A stretch of DNA of 53,115 bases. Source: an uncultured Anaerolineales bacterium (GTDB taxonomy: Bacteria > Chloroflexota > Anaerolineae > B4-G1). A program made the translations under genes and the position numbers. The DNA lies in assembly GCA_964412395.1 (NCBI GenBank), contig CAYPOY010000001.1, forward strand, positions 1-53,115. The letters run 5' to 3'. Shown here piece by piece: positions 52,384 to 53,115 of this stretch (position 1 is its first letter; each line of letters opens with the position of its first letter). Under the pieces are notes generated by a model. It made no database searches. It had not been told where the DNA came from and worked only from the letters and a program-made list of their open reading frames with translations.

Positions 52384-53115
52384 TTAGCCAAGCCGGATCC
52401 CCAGGCTGGCGATCCGCTCCTCCTCCGACAGCGCCCGTCCAGTTGCCGGGTCCACCGCCACACAGGCCCCGCGCGAGTCTATGCGGGTGACGATCTGCCC
52501 GCGGGCGAAGGGGTTGTTGCGCAGGTGGGGCGCGTCCAGCACCCCCGCCGTGACCGCCCGCGCCAGGGTAGCCGGGTCGGTGAGAGGGTCGGCCACCTCT
52601 GGCCCGGCCAAGGCGCGGATGGCCTCCAGAGTCACCCGGGCCTCCTGCACCAGTTCCTCTTCGCGCTGCTGGATGGCGGGGTCGGCCGTCATGTCCGGCT
52701 GGCCACGGACCGCATTCTCCACCGCCCGGCGAGCCAGTTTGCAGGCCTCGATTATGTCGTTGGCGGTAGCGGCGTGGTGGGCTTCGGTGTGGCCGACTAC
52801 GTGGACGATATGGGGGTGCAGCGCCATCTGCAGGTAGACGCTGGCCGCCAGGTGGGCGCGGGCCGCGTCCGGGTCCAGCGGATAACTGAGAAGCCCCGTG
52901 CGTGTCTGTCGCCAGGTGCGGAAGGAGCCCTCACCCCCGGCCCCTCTCCCTGGGAGGAGAGGGGAGTTGTGATGTCCAGGCAGGCCAGCATCTTGGCCAG
53001 GTCCATCGCGTCGGAGAGGCCCGGCGGGCTGTTGAACATCATCTGGGCAATGTAGTCGTGCACGCCGGAGGCACGGGCGTTGTAGGCCGAAAGGTAGGCC
53101 GAGACGACGAAGATC
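52384..53115 (-). pseudogene. Unidentified enzyme gene whose reading frame changes across an inserted G/C-rich palindromic element; 5' end beyond the window
   Basis: Upstream of the element one frame reads IFVVSAYLSAYNARASGVHDYIAQMMFNSPPGLSDAMDLAKMLACLD. Downstream, a different frame reads LLSYPLDPDAARAHLAASVYLQMALHPHIVHVVGHTEAHHAATANDIIEACKLARRAVE... down to the stop at 52384. The first frame decays into R/T/P/W-rich text and stops at 52797. Confidence 0.5.
52928..52966. repeat. G/C-rich palindromic element, third copy, inside a coding region
   Basis: ccctcacccccggcccctctccctgggaggagaggggag. 9-bp stem cccctctcc/ggagagggg. Same family as 43157..43195 and 43253..43290. Confidence 0.7.

Overview
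This is a GC-rich bacterial chromosomal window of about 53 kb. All product calls come from motifs I recognise by eye; no database search was run. The gene content and repeat types look Chloroflexota-like, which is inference only: GAF-heavy sensors, Ser/Thr-kinase/FHA signalling, Pro/Thr-linker surface proteins, cohesin/dockerin modules and short heptamer arrays. I call about 48 CDS or pseudogenes, one tRNA-Arg(ACG), and several promoters, terminators and repeat families.

Layout:
- 1..8958 (-): a six-gene sensory operon of two single-domain receivers, a Cache-HAMP-GAF histidine kinase and three output-less GAF paralogues. The last paralogue (1..2044) is missing from the supplied ORF track because it runs off the window edge.
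- 9.1-11 kb: small housekeeping and unknown genes.
- 11075..18407 (-): a secreted glycan-active cluster of a CBM-like protein, a beta-helix protein, a DUF11-repeat protein and a clan GH-A hydrolase.
- 18.6-22.3 kb: ABC-F, coaE, GNAT and small genes.
- 22.4-24.1 kb: a decayed zone where an AbrB/RelE-type toxin-antitoxin cassette sits between two 5' fragments of an ABC exporter gene.
- 24.3-28.9 kb: a GH3 surface enzyme, then a Ser/Thr kinase divergent from an FHA-wHTH regulator.
- 29.2-34.6 kb: tandem DarA/PstA-like PII-type proteins, a GAF-PAS histidine kinase and a CpXC protein.
- 34680..34756: tRNA-Arg.
- 35489..41730 (+): a four-gene cohesin/dockerin locus.
- 41.8-43 kb: two hsp20 genes.
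- 43383..49293 (-): an operon of kinase(PQQ), PP2C, J-domain/vWA, Zn-ribbon/FHA, small protein and OmpR regulator.
- 49.6-53.1 kb: a serine hydrolase, an opine-dehydrogenase-like gene and a disrupted gene.

Most interesting observations:
- The self-contained cohesin/dockerin surface-assembly locus.
- A shared extreme C-terminal motif, YLPL[IV][LM][RN], on four signal-peptide proteins. It may be an unnamed sorting signal.
- The kinase/phosphatase/vWA-J/FHA operon.
- Several MITE-like and short tandem repeat families. One has a clear target-site duplication, and one appears to frameshift a gene.
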